Source of the DNA: an uncultured Gammaproteobacteria bacterium
GTDB taxonomy: Bacteria; Pseudomonadota; Gammaproteobacteria; SZUA-229
Length of the DNA stretch: 64,000 nucleotides
Reading direction: 5' to 3'
NCBI GenBank assembly: GCA_942492025.1
Contig: CALODJ010000003.1
Location: 451,841-515,840 of the forward strand
In this document: positions 30,904-41,024 of the stretch, in pieces
Layout: every line of letters begins with the position of its first letter
How positions within the stretch are numbered: the first letter of the stretch is position 1
The notes under the pieces: model-generated
What the model saw: only the letters and a program-made list of their open reading frames with translations
The model's database searches: none
Told to the model about the DNA's origin: nothing
Translations under genes and position numbers: made by a program

Positions 30904-31953
30904 GTGACAAACCTGTCTTTCTCGCGTCGAATATTGCGCTGGTACGACCAGTATGGTCGACACGATCTGCCATGGCAGCAGCAACGCTCACCCTATCGTG
31001 TATGGATAGCAGAAGTCATGCTGCAGCAGACGCAGGTTACCACGGTAATTCCGTACTATCTTCGGTTCATGGAGGCCTTTCCTGGTTTGAGCAGCCTCGC
31101 TGCTGCGCCGCTTGAGCGAGTGCTCGAGCAATGGTCTGGACTGGGTTATTACTCGCGCGCTCGCAATCTGCATAAAGCAGCACGCATCATTGTCTCCGAT
31201 CATGACGGTGAATTTCCGGACAACTTTCACCTGGCTGTAGCCTTACCGGGTATTGGTCAATCGACCGCGGGTGCAATACTTGCACAGGCATTGCAGCAGC
31301 GCCACGCGATACTCGATGGCAATGTCAAACGTGTGTTATGCCGTTACCATGCGGTTGACGGCTGGCCCGGTAAAGCAGCGGTGCAAAACCAGTTGTGGCG
31401 CTATGCCGAGCAGCACACGCCGCACCATCGAATCGATGATTATACCCAGGCGATGATGGATCTGGGGGCGACTCTGTGTACACGTGCATCACCGCAGTGC
31501 GTGCAATGTCCGCTGCAGACGGATTGTGCTGCGCACAAGCTGGATCAGGTCAAACGCTACCCGACCCCTGGACCCAAAAAGCGCCTACCGATAAGAACGG
31601 CACGCTTGTTGATCCTGACGGATGCGGCCACCGGCAGGATCATGTTGGAAAAGCGTCCGCCGCACGGTATATGGGGTGGTCTCTGGAGCTTGCCTGAAGC
31701 GCATCTGGAAGAAAGCATCGAACGGCTGTGCCAGCAGCGCTGGGACATGAGGGTGTTGGAAAACCAGGATTGCGGTGTTTTCAGGCATTCTTTCAGCCAC
31801 TATCATCTTGACATCACGCCGTGCCGGGTACAGGTGCAGCCCAATGCCGCGACTGTTAAAGAACAGGGCGAGGTCACCTGGTGTACGTTGCAGGACGCAA
31901 CAAGGCGCGCGCTGGCTGCACCGGTTGCACGCATCATCAAGCAACATGCTTAA
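30904..31953 (+). CDS. mutY: A/G-specific adenine DNA glycosylase.
   Basis: RILRWYDQYGRHDLPWQ...PYRVWIAEVMLQQTQV, [4Fe-4S] cysteines CTRASPQCVQCPLQTDC and a C-terminal NUDIX-like domain. It has a GTG start. Confidence 0.92.
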   Translation: MTNLSFSRRILRWYDQYGRHDLPWQQQRSPYRVWIAEVMLQQTQVTTVIPYYLRFMEAFPGLSSLAAAPLERVLEQWSGLGYYSRARNLHKAARIIVSDHDGEFPDNFHLAVALPGIGQSTAGAILAQALQQRHAILDGNVKRVLCRYHAVDGWPGKAAVQNQLWRYAEQHTPHHRIDDYTQAMMDLGATLCTRASPQCVQCPLQTDCAAHKLDQVKRYPTPGPKKRLPIRTARLLILTDAATGRIMLEKRPPHGIWGGLWSLPEAHLEESIERLCQQRWDMRVLENQDCGVFRHSFSHYHLDITPCRVQVQPNAATVKEQGEVTWCTLQDATRRALAAPVARIIKQHA

Positions 31954-32094
31954 TACTTGACTCCAGGGCAGCGAGCCGATTAAATACGCCTCTTCCGAAC
32001 AGGGCCTTAGGATCAAGTTAGCCTCGAGTCCATTGAGAGTCAGGTGATGTTGAATTGACTTGTTCCTCGCCATTCGAACCTCGTACCTGTTTCT

Positions 32095-32170
<76 letters not shown>

Positions 32171-32623
32171 TCTCTCTTTGTTTTTAAATCGCGTTACCGG
32201 TGAGATAGTCAGACCTGATTCAATTGAACTGCCGTGCAGTTAAATTGCTCGGCTCATCCCTGAGCCTCACCCCTTCGGGGCTGACGCGAAAATCTGTTCC
32301 CGACAGATTTTTCTGTTCCAGGCCTCTAATAAATTCAGTGGCTTACAGTTCCAAATATACTTGTCATAAATTCCTTTGCGTGAATTTTGCGTGATCCTAA
32401 GCGCTGCTGAGGCGACGCAAAACCACCTGTCCCTACCAATAACCTGAACCGATAACAGTGTTGAGAAACTGATCCGCGCGATGTGTAGATTAGGAAAATA
32501 GAAGAGTCAGCGAGTAGGGTATGAGGCTGACCGGAAGTGGCGAAAAAATGGCCTTGAGTGCTGGATGAGAGACCTAGAGAACAGCCGGAGGTACGGCAAA
32601 CCAACAGCTTGGGGTCAAGTGGA

Positions 32624-32675
32624 GAGGGTCAGGCCTTGCATTTGACATGTCAAAAGTAAGGCCTGACACCGAACC
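32624..32675. repeat. 52-bp palindromic hairpin repeat, copy 1 (GAGGGTCAGGCCTTGCATTTGACATGTCAAAAGTAAGGCCTGACACCGAACC).
   Basis: It is identical to 34105-34156. It has a 10-bp stem GTCAGGCCTT/AAGGCCTGAC with the inner palindrome TTGACATGTCAA. Confidence 0.85.
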
Positions 32676-32698
32676 ACTCGACCGACAATAGCAGGGTC

Positions 32699-32881
32699 AT
32701 GGTGAGCGCATGCATCAACGAGGAAAACAGGAGTGAAATCATCCTGTACGCGATAGAAGGTGGCGGACATACTTTTCCCGGCAGCAATGTGCCCGACCGC
32801 CCGCGCCTGGTCGGAAAGAAAAACAATGATATCGATGGTGCGAAAGTTATCTGGAAGTTCTTCAATCGACATACAAAGTAA
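32699..32881 (+). pseudogene. C-terminal remnant of an esterase / PHB-depolymerase-family alpha/beta hydrolase.
   Basis: ...LYAIEGGGHTFPG... is a family C-terminal motif. The ORF has no N-terminal part and starts immediately after the hairpin repeat. Confidence 0.45.
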
Positions 32882-32989
32882 ATCTACAACAAGGCTCTTT
32901 GCATCATCGCTATTCGCGTATCACTGATAGTATCATATGATGCTCCGGCATAATGTTTGCAGAGACACCGGTTATCGTAATATATAAAC

Positions 32990-34054
32990 ATGAAAGTCAT
33001 TGTTATCCTTTTTATTTGCTTGTTCGCAAATGTCAGCCACGGTGAAATATACCAATGGCAGGATGGTAACGGCAGGACTCACTTTTCTGATAATCCCCCT
33101 GCAGAAAAGACGTCTGAAATAATTGAATATGATGATTATTATTCTGCAAAGAGCACTCTCTTTAATCAATTTCTGGATGAAAAGGGTAAAAGAGTATTGA
33201 AGCGTGTTTCTTACGGCGAGTTTTACCAGTACGCACCGCAAAATATTGATGAAGCATTTGCAATCGTTGTCGTGAACCATGGTATGTTCTCCAGTGACAG
33301 GACAGCAAGGGACGCAGCTTACAATACATCCAGAAGATGGCAAAGATTCTCCGAGGAAACCGGGGCAATTATCATTGCACCTGTGTTTGATAACTACCGT
33401 TATGCCGTTACTATCGATGGCCCGCAAAGATGGGGTTATCGGGGCCTCTTCGGCCGGCATCAGGGAGCTGATGTTTTTCTAAATGAAATTATTGCCCACT
33501 ACCAGGGGATAAATCCGTTTTATGACGGAAAAATATTCCTCAGCGGGCATTCTGCCGGCGCACAGTTCGCGAACAGGTACCTGGTTCGCCACCCGGATAA
33601 AGTACATGCTGCCGCATTCAGTGCACCAGCCTGGTTTGCGCTGCCCACTGAACGTTTCGCCTGGCCAAATGGAATGGGAAACAGGTATCGCATTGTGCGC
33701 TGGTCAGGAGAAAGCCAGGATAAGATTATCGACATAAAACCGGAGTGGAAAGGCTGGCTCGAGGCAGCCCAATTAACCGTCACGGTTGTGGTGGGTAAAA
33801 ATGATGTGAAAAAAATCAGGCATGTTGATGGCGTCGGGGGAGACACGCACGTGGACAGGGCGATATTCTGGGTTAATTCAATGAATGAATTCGCACAACA
33901 ACATGGCGCCGAAGGCCGTGTCAAGTTGAATCTTGTGGACAACGTCGGCCATAACTTCGGCAAACTCGCCGCAGTATGCCAGGACACCATGAAAGATCAA
34001 ATAAAAGCACACTTGATTAACGAGAAACAGAGCATCAGCAAACATAAAAACTGA
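32990..34054 (+). CDS. Secreted protein with a DUF4124-like N-terminal domain fused to an alpha/beta hydrolase (esterase) domain.
   Basis: Signal peptide, YQWQDGNGRTHFSD, then GHSAGAQF nucleophile elbow. It has low GC relative to the surroundings. Confidence 0.6.
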   Translation: MKVIVILFICLFANVSHGEIYQWQDGNGRTHFSDNPPAEKTSEIIEYDDYYSAKSTLFNQFLDEKGKRVLKRVSYGEFYQYAPQNIDEAFAIVVVNHGMFSSDRTARDAAYNTSRRWQRFSEETGAIIIAPVFDNYRYAVTIDGPQRWGYRGLFGRHQGADVFLNEIIAHYQGINPFYDGKIFLSGHSAGAQFANRYLVRHPDKVHAAAFSAPAWFALPTERFAWPNGMGNRYRIVRWSGESQDKIIDIKPEWKGWLEAAQLTVTVVVGKNDVKKIRHVDGVGGDTHVDRAIFWVNSMNEFAQQHGAEGRVKLNLVDNVGHNFGKLAAVCQDTMKDQIKAHLINEKQSISKHKN

Positions 34055-34104
34055 ATACAGTCGACCGAGGTAAATACATAGCAAGTCAGGTCAGAATGAA
34101 TGGC

Positions 34105-34156
34105 GAGGGTCAGGCCTTGCATTTGACATGTCAAAAGTAAGGCCTGACACCGAACC
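34105..34156. repeat. 52-bp palindromic hairpin repeat, copy 2.
   Basis: It is identical to 32624-32675 and lies in direct orientation to it. Confidence 0.85.
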
Positions 34157-34164
34157 TCTATAAA

Positions 34165-34330
34165 TCCTGGAATGGCGAGCGCGGTTATTATTGAAATGTG
34201 GGTGGAATTGAGAACGAATTCGTCTTTGGGGTAGGATCAGTGGCTATGACTGGCTGGGTAGAAACGGTTGATTTTCGGATAACAGGGCGTTTATACCTTC
34301 TATACACTCAAGGTATTGGCAGACAAATAT
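34165..34330. mobile_element. Remnant of the IS91-family element's 3' end region (no transposase sequence).
   Basis: GGAATTC...GGCTATGACTGGCTGG...ACGGTTGATTTTCGGATAACAGGGCGTTTAT matches the segments downstream of the IS91-like tnpA 3' ends at 46880-46990 and 54990-55100. Confidence 0.5.
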
Positions 34331-34561
34331 GCAAAATAATTAATCGGCCTGCTCTCTGCAGGCAGAATCCGGGATATCCTTGCAGACACGAGCATCTTCC
34401 TCGCCGTTCACCAGGTCGTACAGCCAGCCCAGACCCTGCTCTATCGAACTGCGTGATGCCATTACGTTTTACCGATCGAACCCGGGTTGAACCACGAGGC
34501 ATTGATCACCCACATTGACCATGCCGGCGTGCACAACACGCGCGGTTATGCCCCCATGACC

Positions 34562-34966
34562 TCACATCGCGTTGTAGCCCCCAAAGCCCAGCGCGGTCTC
34601 CATGCGCGAACACGGATGACAAACACCCGTAAATTCCAAAATCGCTTCGCCCAATTTAAATGACTTATGCTTCAACGCCAACAGATTGAGCCCACGAACA
34701 ACAATATTGCGTCGCACCTGATCAGCGCTAACGCGCTCCATACGCATGATACCGGCAATCGCAGCTACATGTTCTGCCTGTATCAGCGTCACCTGCCGGT
34801 TACCTGAACGGCCAGCATAATGATCACCCTGTACCACCAACAATGGATCCAGCATCACATTTGCCACCGATATCATATCCATTTTTTTAACGGGTCTGAT
34901 ACCAAGCCATTCCACCCTGCCGGCAGCTGTAAAATGGCTCATCAACTCGTCAAGCGATGATTGCAC
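34562..34966 (-). CDS. MOSC-domain protein (YiiM-like).
   Basis: MOSC consensus ...GDHYAGRSGNRQVTLIQAEH...GVCHPCSRME. Confidence 0.7.
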   Translation of the reverse strand: MQSSLDELMSHFTAAGRVEWLGIRPVKKMDMISVANVMLDPLLVVQGDHYAGRSGNRQVTLIQAEHVAAIAGIMRMERVSADQVRRNIVVRGLNLLALKHKSFKLGEAILEFTGVCHPCSRMETALGFGGYNAM

Positions 34967-35183
34967 AAAGGACCTTCTTCAATTGTTACGCACCGAATAT
35001 TTTCTGACATCATGCATTGATGTGAAGCCGCTCCAGGGTTTCGTTCGTTGGTTTGTTTGCAGCCAAAAGCCTGATGATACAGACTTTGCCGCTATCTGTT
35101 GAAAAAAGATCCGGCCTCATGCATTTTGTTCCAGATTATGGATACGCCTAACTGTTTTTCGAAAGAGGCTTAGCCCATCAGGC

Positions 35184-36074
35184 TTAGACGGCACGCCGCA
35201 AGCGTGCTTCTACACGCGCCGCGTTTAGCAGGGGTTTGTCGACAACTACCGGATACAACAGATAAAAGCGATCCACCTCGAAAACGTAGGCACGCGCAGC
35301 CTGTTCCAACCGATGCCTGACTGGAGTCGACAGTCCCTGCGTCATCAGCAGCCGTGGCGCGAGACGCCGAATGTAAAGGTCACAGAGTTGCTGCCCTGCC
35401 TCGTTCTCCCAGTTTTCCTTGATCAGGCAGGGTGGAAAATCCTCAGCCACCGCGACCGGGCGTTCGAACCAGGCAGCACGGGGATTGATGCCGGCGCGCT
35501 TCTGGACGTGCTTCTGCAGCCGATAATTGACGGGCGGCACGTAAGCACCCTGACGCGCTTTCGGTGCCTTTACCTCGAGCTGCGCCGCGGGCATGGCAAT
35601 CCATAACGGACGTGGGGGCGTCAAGGCCATCTCCTCTTCATTGATGCAGGAGTGAAGCAGTGCCAGAGGACGTCTGTGCACCCCGTCCAACAACCAGTAT
35701 TCATACCGATCCGCCGCGGCGTAGGGCAATGAGGCAGAGTTGATCGCTTCGAACAGAAGCCTGGTGGCCGACCGGACATCGTCGCGATCGAGGAACGGGT
35801 GTAGCGCGTGCGTCTTTAACTGGCCGAGTTCGATGGTCGCTACCAGGGAATAGTTCAATGTCAGACCGGTATGGGCCCTGTTGTTCCGAATGCGCCTGTC
35901 CGCGCCCAACGAGTATTGTACCGCCCAGTGATGGCCGTCCAGACTCAAAGCGCGTGCCCTGCCAAATTCGGCGACCTGGACCATGCCGACGAACGGCGAC
36001 AGCAACCGTTTAGAGTACAGTTTGATCATGTCGGACACTACTGCCCTGTCTTCTTTGAAATTATGTCGTGTCAT
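35184..36074 (-). CDS. Hypothetical protein (high GC), co-oriented downstream of the TPR gene and aprMBA.
   Basis: Start at MTRHNFKED. No motif was recognised. Confidence 0.4.
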   Translation of the reverse strand: MTRHNFKEDRAVVSDMIKLYSKRLLSPFVGMVQVAEFGRARALSLDGHHWAVQYSLGADRRIRNNRAHTGLTLNYSLVATIELGQLKTHALHPFLDRDDVRSATRLLFEAINSASLPYAAADRYEYWLLDGVHRRPLALLHSCINEEEMALTPPRPLWIAMPAAQLEVKAPKARQGAYVPPVNYRLQKHVQKRAGINPRAAWFERPVAVAEDFPPCLIKENWENEAGQQLCDLYIRRLAPRLLMTQGLSTPVRHRLEQAARAYVFEVDRFYLLYPVVVDKPLLNAARVEARLRRAV

Positions 36075-36157
36075 GCCCTCAGCCGCGTGCCTTCGTGAAC
36101 ACAATGCCCACTTCAACCGAGCTGAAGCGCCCCACCAGTTGCGTTTATGCTACGCCA

Positions 36158-37747
36158 TCAGCGCGCCACCGAAAGTTCGGCAGCCAGCTCTCGCGCCGCG
36201 GCGAGCTGTTCCTTGGCGAGTTCATAGTAACGAGCATGGCTGGCGTCATGAAAGATCGCTGCGACAAGCTCGAAATCGGCGACCGCTTTTTCGGCCGTCT
36301 CGGAGTTACGCGTTAGTTCCCCAAGGCTCTGGCGCACGTCGCCCAGATTGGCCCGCGTCATGGCCCAGACCAGCGGCTTGTTGTCACGACTCAGTTGCTG
36401 AAGCGCATTTTCGTAGGCAGCCGCCGCCACGCCGAGATAGTCGACGCTGTTCTCGCGTTCGCCGAGCCGCTGCAGCGCCGCGCCGAGGTTGTTCTGAGTC
36501 AAAGCCCATTCCTCCGGCCATTGCTCCTGAGTCCAGATCTTCAATGCACGCTGGTAAGCCTCGACCGCATTGTTCAGGTCCCCCGTCTCACCCTGCTGAT
36601 CCTGTTCTCCACGCACCCGCAAAGCCATTCCAAGGGAATTCTGACATTTGGCCCAGTCCAAAGGCTCACGTTCCCAGGTCAAAACCTGCAGTGCTTGGTG
36701 AAAGGCATCGATTGAACGCGACAGCGCCGAAGCATCACGCGTGACTTGCCCGAGAACCAGCAAGGCTGCTCCGAGATGGTACGCCGACTGCGCCCACTCT
36801 GCGGATGCCGCCTGCCTACCGCGCACTTCCACAGCGGCCTGCAGGCACGAGACCGCACGTTCCATTAAGTCAGAATCACCCTGGCGCTGAGCAAGGATGC
36901 CAAGCGCGTTGCCGAGACCGTGTTGGGACGCGGCCCAATCCAATGGGTGGTGATCACGGTGCCGATCGCTCAGCGCATTCTCGAAAGCAGCGACGGAGCG
37001 CTCCAGGTGGCGAATGCCGCGCCCACGCTGACCGAGTATTCCGAGCGCATTGCCAAGGTAGTGCTGTGTCACGGACCAGTCGTTAGGCCGCTCCGATCGG
37101 GGCGCCAGCGGCAGGACCGCGTCCTGATAGAGCTCGACCGCCTGCTCCAGCGCCCCATCATCTCCGTATTCCCGGCCCAACTCATCGAGTACAGCGGCCC
37201 TCTGAAATTGCAGACGCCACTGCACGGTCTCGGAAAGGCCTGGCTTGGCCGCAGCCCGTGCGAACAGCTCGGCGGCCCAACGGTGATCTTGGCGAAGCGC
37301 GGCCACTTCCGCCTGGACGCCAGCAATCGACGCGTTGATTTCGGCCGATACGCTTTCGACCCGCGAACACAACGCTAGTGCCCCGCCGAAAAAGCGGTCA
37401 GCGGTGTCCGGTGCGAACGCTGGACCTGCTTGCAAGGCCTCCGAAGCTCGGGTGACGAAGTCGGTGAGTTCGCGATCTGGCAATGGCGTGGCCAGAATGT
37501 TTGACGTTTCTTCGCGGATGCGGTCGAGTCGGGTCCTTGCCTGTCGAATGATTCCGGGCAGTTGCTGGCGTGTTGCCCCTTTAGCACAAGCGCAAGATAT
37601 GAGGTATTCGCTCTCCGACACGTCGAGCCTTTCGGCTGCTGCAACAGCAGCGATCGCATCTTGATTCATTGGAAACGGCGCATCGGGCTGTGCGTGGCCG
37701 CACTCGACTGTCTGCAATTTTTGCTTGGATGCTGGACTGATTGTCAT
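36158..37747 (-). CDS. Tetratricopeptide-repeat protein. It lies 120 bp downstream of aprA on the same strand.
   Basis: Many TPR-like repeats (WA.SQHGLGNALGILAQR, WAQSAYHLGAALLVLGQ, WALTQNNLGAALQRLGE). GGAGG RBS before MTISPASK. Confidence 0.65.
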   Translation of the reverse strand: MTISPASKQKLQTVECGHAQPDAPFPMNQDAIAAVAAAERLDVSESEYLISCACAKGATRQQLPGIIRQARTRLDRIREETSNILATPLPDRELTDFVTRASEALQAGPAFAPDTADRFFGGALALCSRVESVSAEINASIAGVQAEVAALRQDHRWAAELFARAAAKPGLSETVQWRLQFQRAAVLDELGREYGDDGALEQAVELYQDAVLPLAPRSERPNDWSVTQHYLGNALGILGQRGRGIRHLERSVAAFENALSDRHRDHHPLDWAASQHGLGNALGILAQRQGDSDLMERAVSCLQAAVEVRGRQAASAEWAQSAYHLGAALLVLGQVTRDASALSRSIDAFHQALQVLTWEREPLDWAKCQNSLGMALRVRGEQDQQGETGDLNNAVEAYQRALKIWTQEQWPEEWALTQNNLGAALQRLGERENSVDYLGVAAAAYENALQQLSRDNKPLVWAMTRANLGDVRQSLGELTRNSETAEKAVADFELVAAIFHDASHARYYELAKEQLAAARELAAELSVAR

Positions 37748-37867
37748 CGTTGACCTCCATTGGTTTAACTCACTTTTGCAACACACCCGGCGGGCATCCA
37801 TAGTGGGATACCACCTGTGGAGAGGAGCCGCACTAGCGTTTCATCTCTTTGCTGCGGCCCCGCCCAA

Positions 37868-39700
37868 TCAGTCCACCAGGTGATATACGGGAGCTTTCTC
37901 CAACGTGTATTCCCCAGACTCCGGATCACGATGCGACACAGTAAGCGCGTGCCAGTTGGTGTCGTCCAGTTTCGGGAAATCCCCACGGTAGTAATAACCG
38001 GGCCAACGCGTCTCCTCGCGGAACAGCGTATGCTGGACCACACACTCTGAAGCAATCACCCGGTGCTTTAGCTCCCAGGCCCGCTGCAGCTGATGCAGAT
38101 CCTCCGCACCGACATGCTCGAGATCTTCCTGCAGCAATCTAAGGTGTTCCAGTCCGCGCGTCAGCAATGGCTCATTGGTCATGTAGTTGACCGTGATACC
38201 ACCCGCGTATTCGTCCATTATCTTTTCGAGTCGCTGCAGACCGTGGATCGGCAGGATGTAGCTGGGCGACACGGTGCCGGCGACGATCTCGTTGCGCCCT
38301 ACGCTGTAGGTCTCGAGCGGCTTGTAAATTACCGCGCGCAGATCTTCGATTTGCTTGTCAGAGACCTTGAGCTTGTCCTTGGCATGATCCCTGACATAGT
38401 TGACAGCCGCTTTGGCCGCGAGTCTGCCCTCGGTGAATGAACCCGAAGAGAACGCGTGCGCGGTACCGCCGAGCGCGTCACCGGCACCAAACAGACCCTC
38501 AACGGTCATCATCCGGTTGTAACCCCAGAAGTATTCAGCAGGCGACACATCCTCAGGCCCGCTGGCCCAGGCGCCGGAGCAGGTTGCGTGAGAACCCATC
38601 ACGTACGGTTCCGACGTGGTCAACTCCGGATTCGTGTATTTCGGATCGATGTCCTGGGACGCCCACACGACCGCCTGACCAACGGTCATACCGAGGAAGT
38701 TTTCCCAGCCCACGGTTTCCTTGTGCGGATCTTGGAACGCTTCTTTGGTGACCATATGAATGGGTCCCCGACCAGCCGCAACCTCGCGCAAGAAGGCATG
38801 GTTGCGCAAGCAGGTGGGCGTCGGGTGATGGTCGACGTAAGGCCCAACCAGTTCTTTCGTATCCTCATACCATTTCGACTCGTACTCTTCACCATAGGCG
38901 TTTTGCGTATACGTTTTCAGATGAAGAAAGTACGCGCCGACCGGCCCGTAGCCATCCTTGAAGCGGCACAGTACGATGCGGTTCTCCATTTGCGTCATCT
39001 TGGCGCCGGCCATGATCGGCAGCGCGTAGGCCGACGCGCTGCTCCAGGGTGCGTACCAGGTGCGTCCCATGCCCTCGCCGACAGCGCGCGGCTTGAAAAT
39101 ATGGGAGGCACCGCCAGCTCCGACAATGACCGCTTTGGCCTTGAACACATGTAGATCACCGGTGCGCACATTGAAGCCGATCGCACCACCAACCCGATTC
39201 GGCTGGTTCTCATCCATCAGTAAATGCGTCACCATGATGCGGTTGTAGATTTTGTCGGCGGATTTGCGCGCGGCCTCGGCGACCAGCGGTTTATAACTTT
39301 CGCCGTGTATCATGATTTGCCATTTCCCCTCCCGTTGATATCGACCTGTGTCCGGATCTCGCATGATGGGAAGGCCCCACTCTTCGAACTGGTGGACGGT
39401 CGAGTCAACGTGCCGGGCCATGTCATAGGCAAGGTCTTCTCGCACCATTCCCATCAGATCATTTCGTGCGTAACGTACATGGTCTTCGGGTTGATTCTCG
39501 TCCCAGCGCATGCCCAGGTAGCAGTTTATCGCGTACAGGCCCTGAGCAACGGCGCCGCTGCGGTCGATGTTGGCCTTTTCAGCTACAACGACTCTAAGAT
39601 CACGACCCCAGTAACGAGCCTCGTAGGCAGCACCGGTACCACCCATGCCACCGCCAACAACCAAAATATCACATTCTTCGTAAACAGTTTTGAAGGCCAT
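37868..39700 (-). CDS. aprA: Adenylylsulfate (APS) reductase alpha subunit.
   Basis: MAFKTVYEECDILVVGGGMGGTGAAYEARYW... FAD-binding N-terminus and a size (610 aa) typical of AprA. Confidence 0.9.
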   Translation of the reverse strand: MAFKTVYEECDILVVGGGMGGTGAAYEARYWGRDLRVVVAEKANIDRSGAVAQGLYAINCYLGMRWDENQPEDHVRYARNDLMGMVREDLAYDMARHVDSTVHQFEEWGLPIMRDPDTGRYQREGKWQIMIHGESYKPLVAEAARKSADKIYNRIMVTHLLMDENQPNRVGGAIGFNVRTGDLHVFKAKAVIVGAGGASHIFKPRAVGEGMGRTWYAPWSSASAYALPIMAGAKMTQMENRIVLCRFKDGYGPVGAYFLHLKTYTQNAYGEEYESKWYEDTKELVGPYVDHHPTPTCLRNHAFLREVAAGRGPIHMVTKEAFQDPHKETVGWENFLGMTVGQAVVWASQDIDPKYTNPELTTSEPYVMGSHATCSGAWASGPEDVSPAEYFWGYNRMMTVEGLFGAGDALGGTAHAFSSGSFTEGRLAAKAAVNYVRDHAKDKLKVSDKQIEDLRAVIYKPLETYSVGRNEIVAGTVSPSYILPIHGLQRLEKIMDEYAGGITVNYMTNEPLLTRGLEHLRLLQEDLEHVGAEDLHQLQRAWELKHRVIASECVVQHTLFREETRWPGYYYRGDFPKLDDTNWHALTVSHRDPESGEYTLEKAPVYHLVD

Positions 39701-40170
39701 TAGTAATACACCCCCTGCTTGAATTTTGACTTATCAACCATTGGCAGCCCGCCATCGATTTTCAGCCCATCGGGCTCGTGGCAGAGCAAAGGAGATCCGA
39801 GCGCTTCGCCGTCGGGGACTTCAAAGTCAGCGAGCTTGGGTATTTTCTCACCCCAAGGCTGCGTGGTGATAGGCGAAACAAAGTCTTTGACACGGCCATC
39901 TCGAAACTTGACGCGCCACGAAATCGTCCCCTTTTCCTCTTCTCGCAACACTCGGACGCTATGTCCCAGCGGCGCGTAGTCGGCGCCTCCCCTGACGTCA
40001 ATTGCATTCTGCGGGCAGGCTTTGACACATGAATAGCATTCCCAACACATATTGGGCTCGATGTTGTAGGCACGCCGGTAGGTCTTGTCGATATGCATGA
40101 TATCTGACGGACAAATATCAACGCAATTTCCACAGCCGTCACAGCGAGTCATATAAACAAAAGTAGGCAT
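39700..40170 (-). CDS. aprB: Adenylylsulfate reductase beta subunit (iron-sulfur).
   Basis: MPTFVYMTRCDGCGNCVDICP ... CWECYSCVKACP ferredoxin-like cysteine clusters. TAATG overlap with aprA. Confidence 0.9.
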   Translation of the reverse strand: MPTFVYMTRCDGCGNCVDICPSDIMHIDKTYRRAYNIEPNMCWECYSCVKACPQNAIDVRGGADYAPLGHSVRVLREEEKGTISWRVKFRDGRVKDFVSPITTQPWGEKIPKLADFEVPDGEALGSPLLCHEPDGLKIDGGLPMVDKSKFKQGVYY

Positions 40171-40220
40171 TACGGTTTCCTCCAGGTTTTCTACTTCACA
40201 TACACTTTTCAATAAATTCT

Positions 40221-41024
40221 TTAGTAGTGACGGGGCGCTTCACGTTTGATCCCGAGCCCGAACCGCTCCGGCTTGTCGGCCGGCGGTGGTAAGTTTTGAC
40301 GCGAACCGTCCGCATCGCTGACACGACGCTGATACGCTGCAGCCGGCTTGAAGAACATGTGAGCGAACTTGGACCAGGGCACACTGCCAAACAACACCGT
40401 GCTGGCCAGTATGAAAAGCGCGAAAAACAGAGTGCCGAGTAACCCTGCGCCTAATGCCTGCAGTAAAGACCACACAAGCGCAAAGGTCGTCGTCGCGAGC
40501 AGTGACAGCACGAATAGATCAGCCCGCATAACGCGGTACCAGGGATTACCTTCCGCCGCCACATCGACACGGATGCGAAACCAAAACCAGTAGCCACCAA
40601 TACAAACCATCAATGCTCCGAGGTGCCAAAGAAGCGGTACTATAGCGGGTGTTGCCGCTTCGGGAGATGGATATGCGAACACCATGACAGCCGTAGTCAC
40701 GATGAACAGTAGAAATCCATACATGGTCAGCAGATGTGCTGCTCTGCGTTTGACGTTGCAGAATTCACCGGAAGCAAGCACATCATGTGCTAACGTTTTT
40801 ACAGCAATGGATGCTTTGTCTCCACCATTTAGTTCTCGTGTTCGGGCTTGCTTAGCCTTTTCGGCAGCGGCAAAAAAATATTTTGCACTTTTCTTGTGGA
40901 TGATGTCGGCAACTGTGCCAGCCGCTACAAGTACAAACATTACGATCACGAATGTCTGCATCGCAACTTCGGGAATGAGTCCAGATAACTCAGCGAAGGG
41001 GTTTGTTGTTAGCATATTTGACAT
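40221..41024 (-). CDS. aprM: APS reductase membrane anchor AprM (multi-TM).
   Basis: About 265 aa with 5-6 TM helices, encoded immediately upstream of aprBA. AAGAGG RBS. Confidence 0.7.
   Translation of the reverse strand: MSNMLTTNPFAELSGLIPEVAMQTFVIVMFVLVAAGTVADIIHKKSAKYFFAAAEKAKQARTRELNGGDKASIAVKTLAHDVLASGEFCNVKRRAAHLLTMYGFLLFIVTTAVMVFAYPSPEAATPAIVPLLWHLGALMVCIGGYWFWFRIRVDVAAEGNPWYRVMRADLFVLSLLATTTFALVWSLLQALGAGLLGTLFFALFILASTVLFGSVPWSKFAHMFFKPAAAYQRRVSDADGSRQNLPPPADKPERFGLGIKREAPRHY

Noticed and set aside
32171-32623. Direct repeat of the tRNA-Phe 3' end (attR) that would delimit a classical integrative island.
   Set aside because: There is only a weak partial resemblance (GATTCAATTGAACTGCCG vs GGCAGTTCAATTCTGCC), and no integrase gene anywhere downstream. 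A classical integrase-mediated island is not supported.
35983-36744. 253-aa Pro/Arg-rich ORF on the plus strand, overlapping the hypothetical and TPR genes.
   Set aside because: High local GC produces long open antisense frames, the composition (P/R/A-rich) is typical of that artefact, and the minus-strand TPR gene has a clear RBS and repeats.
38456-39703. Plus-strand ORFs of 232 and 159 aa inside aprA.
   Set aside because: They are antisense to the clearly conserved aprA.
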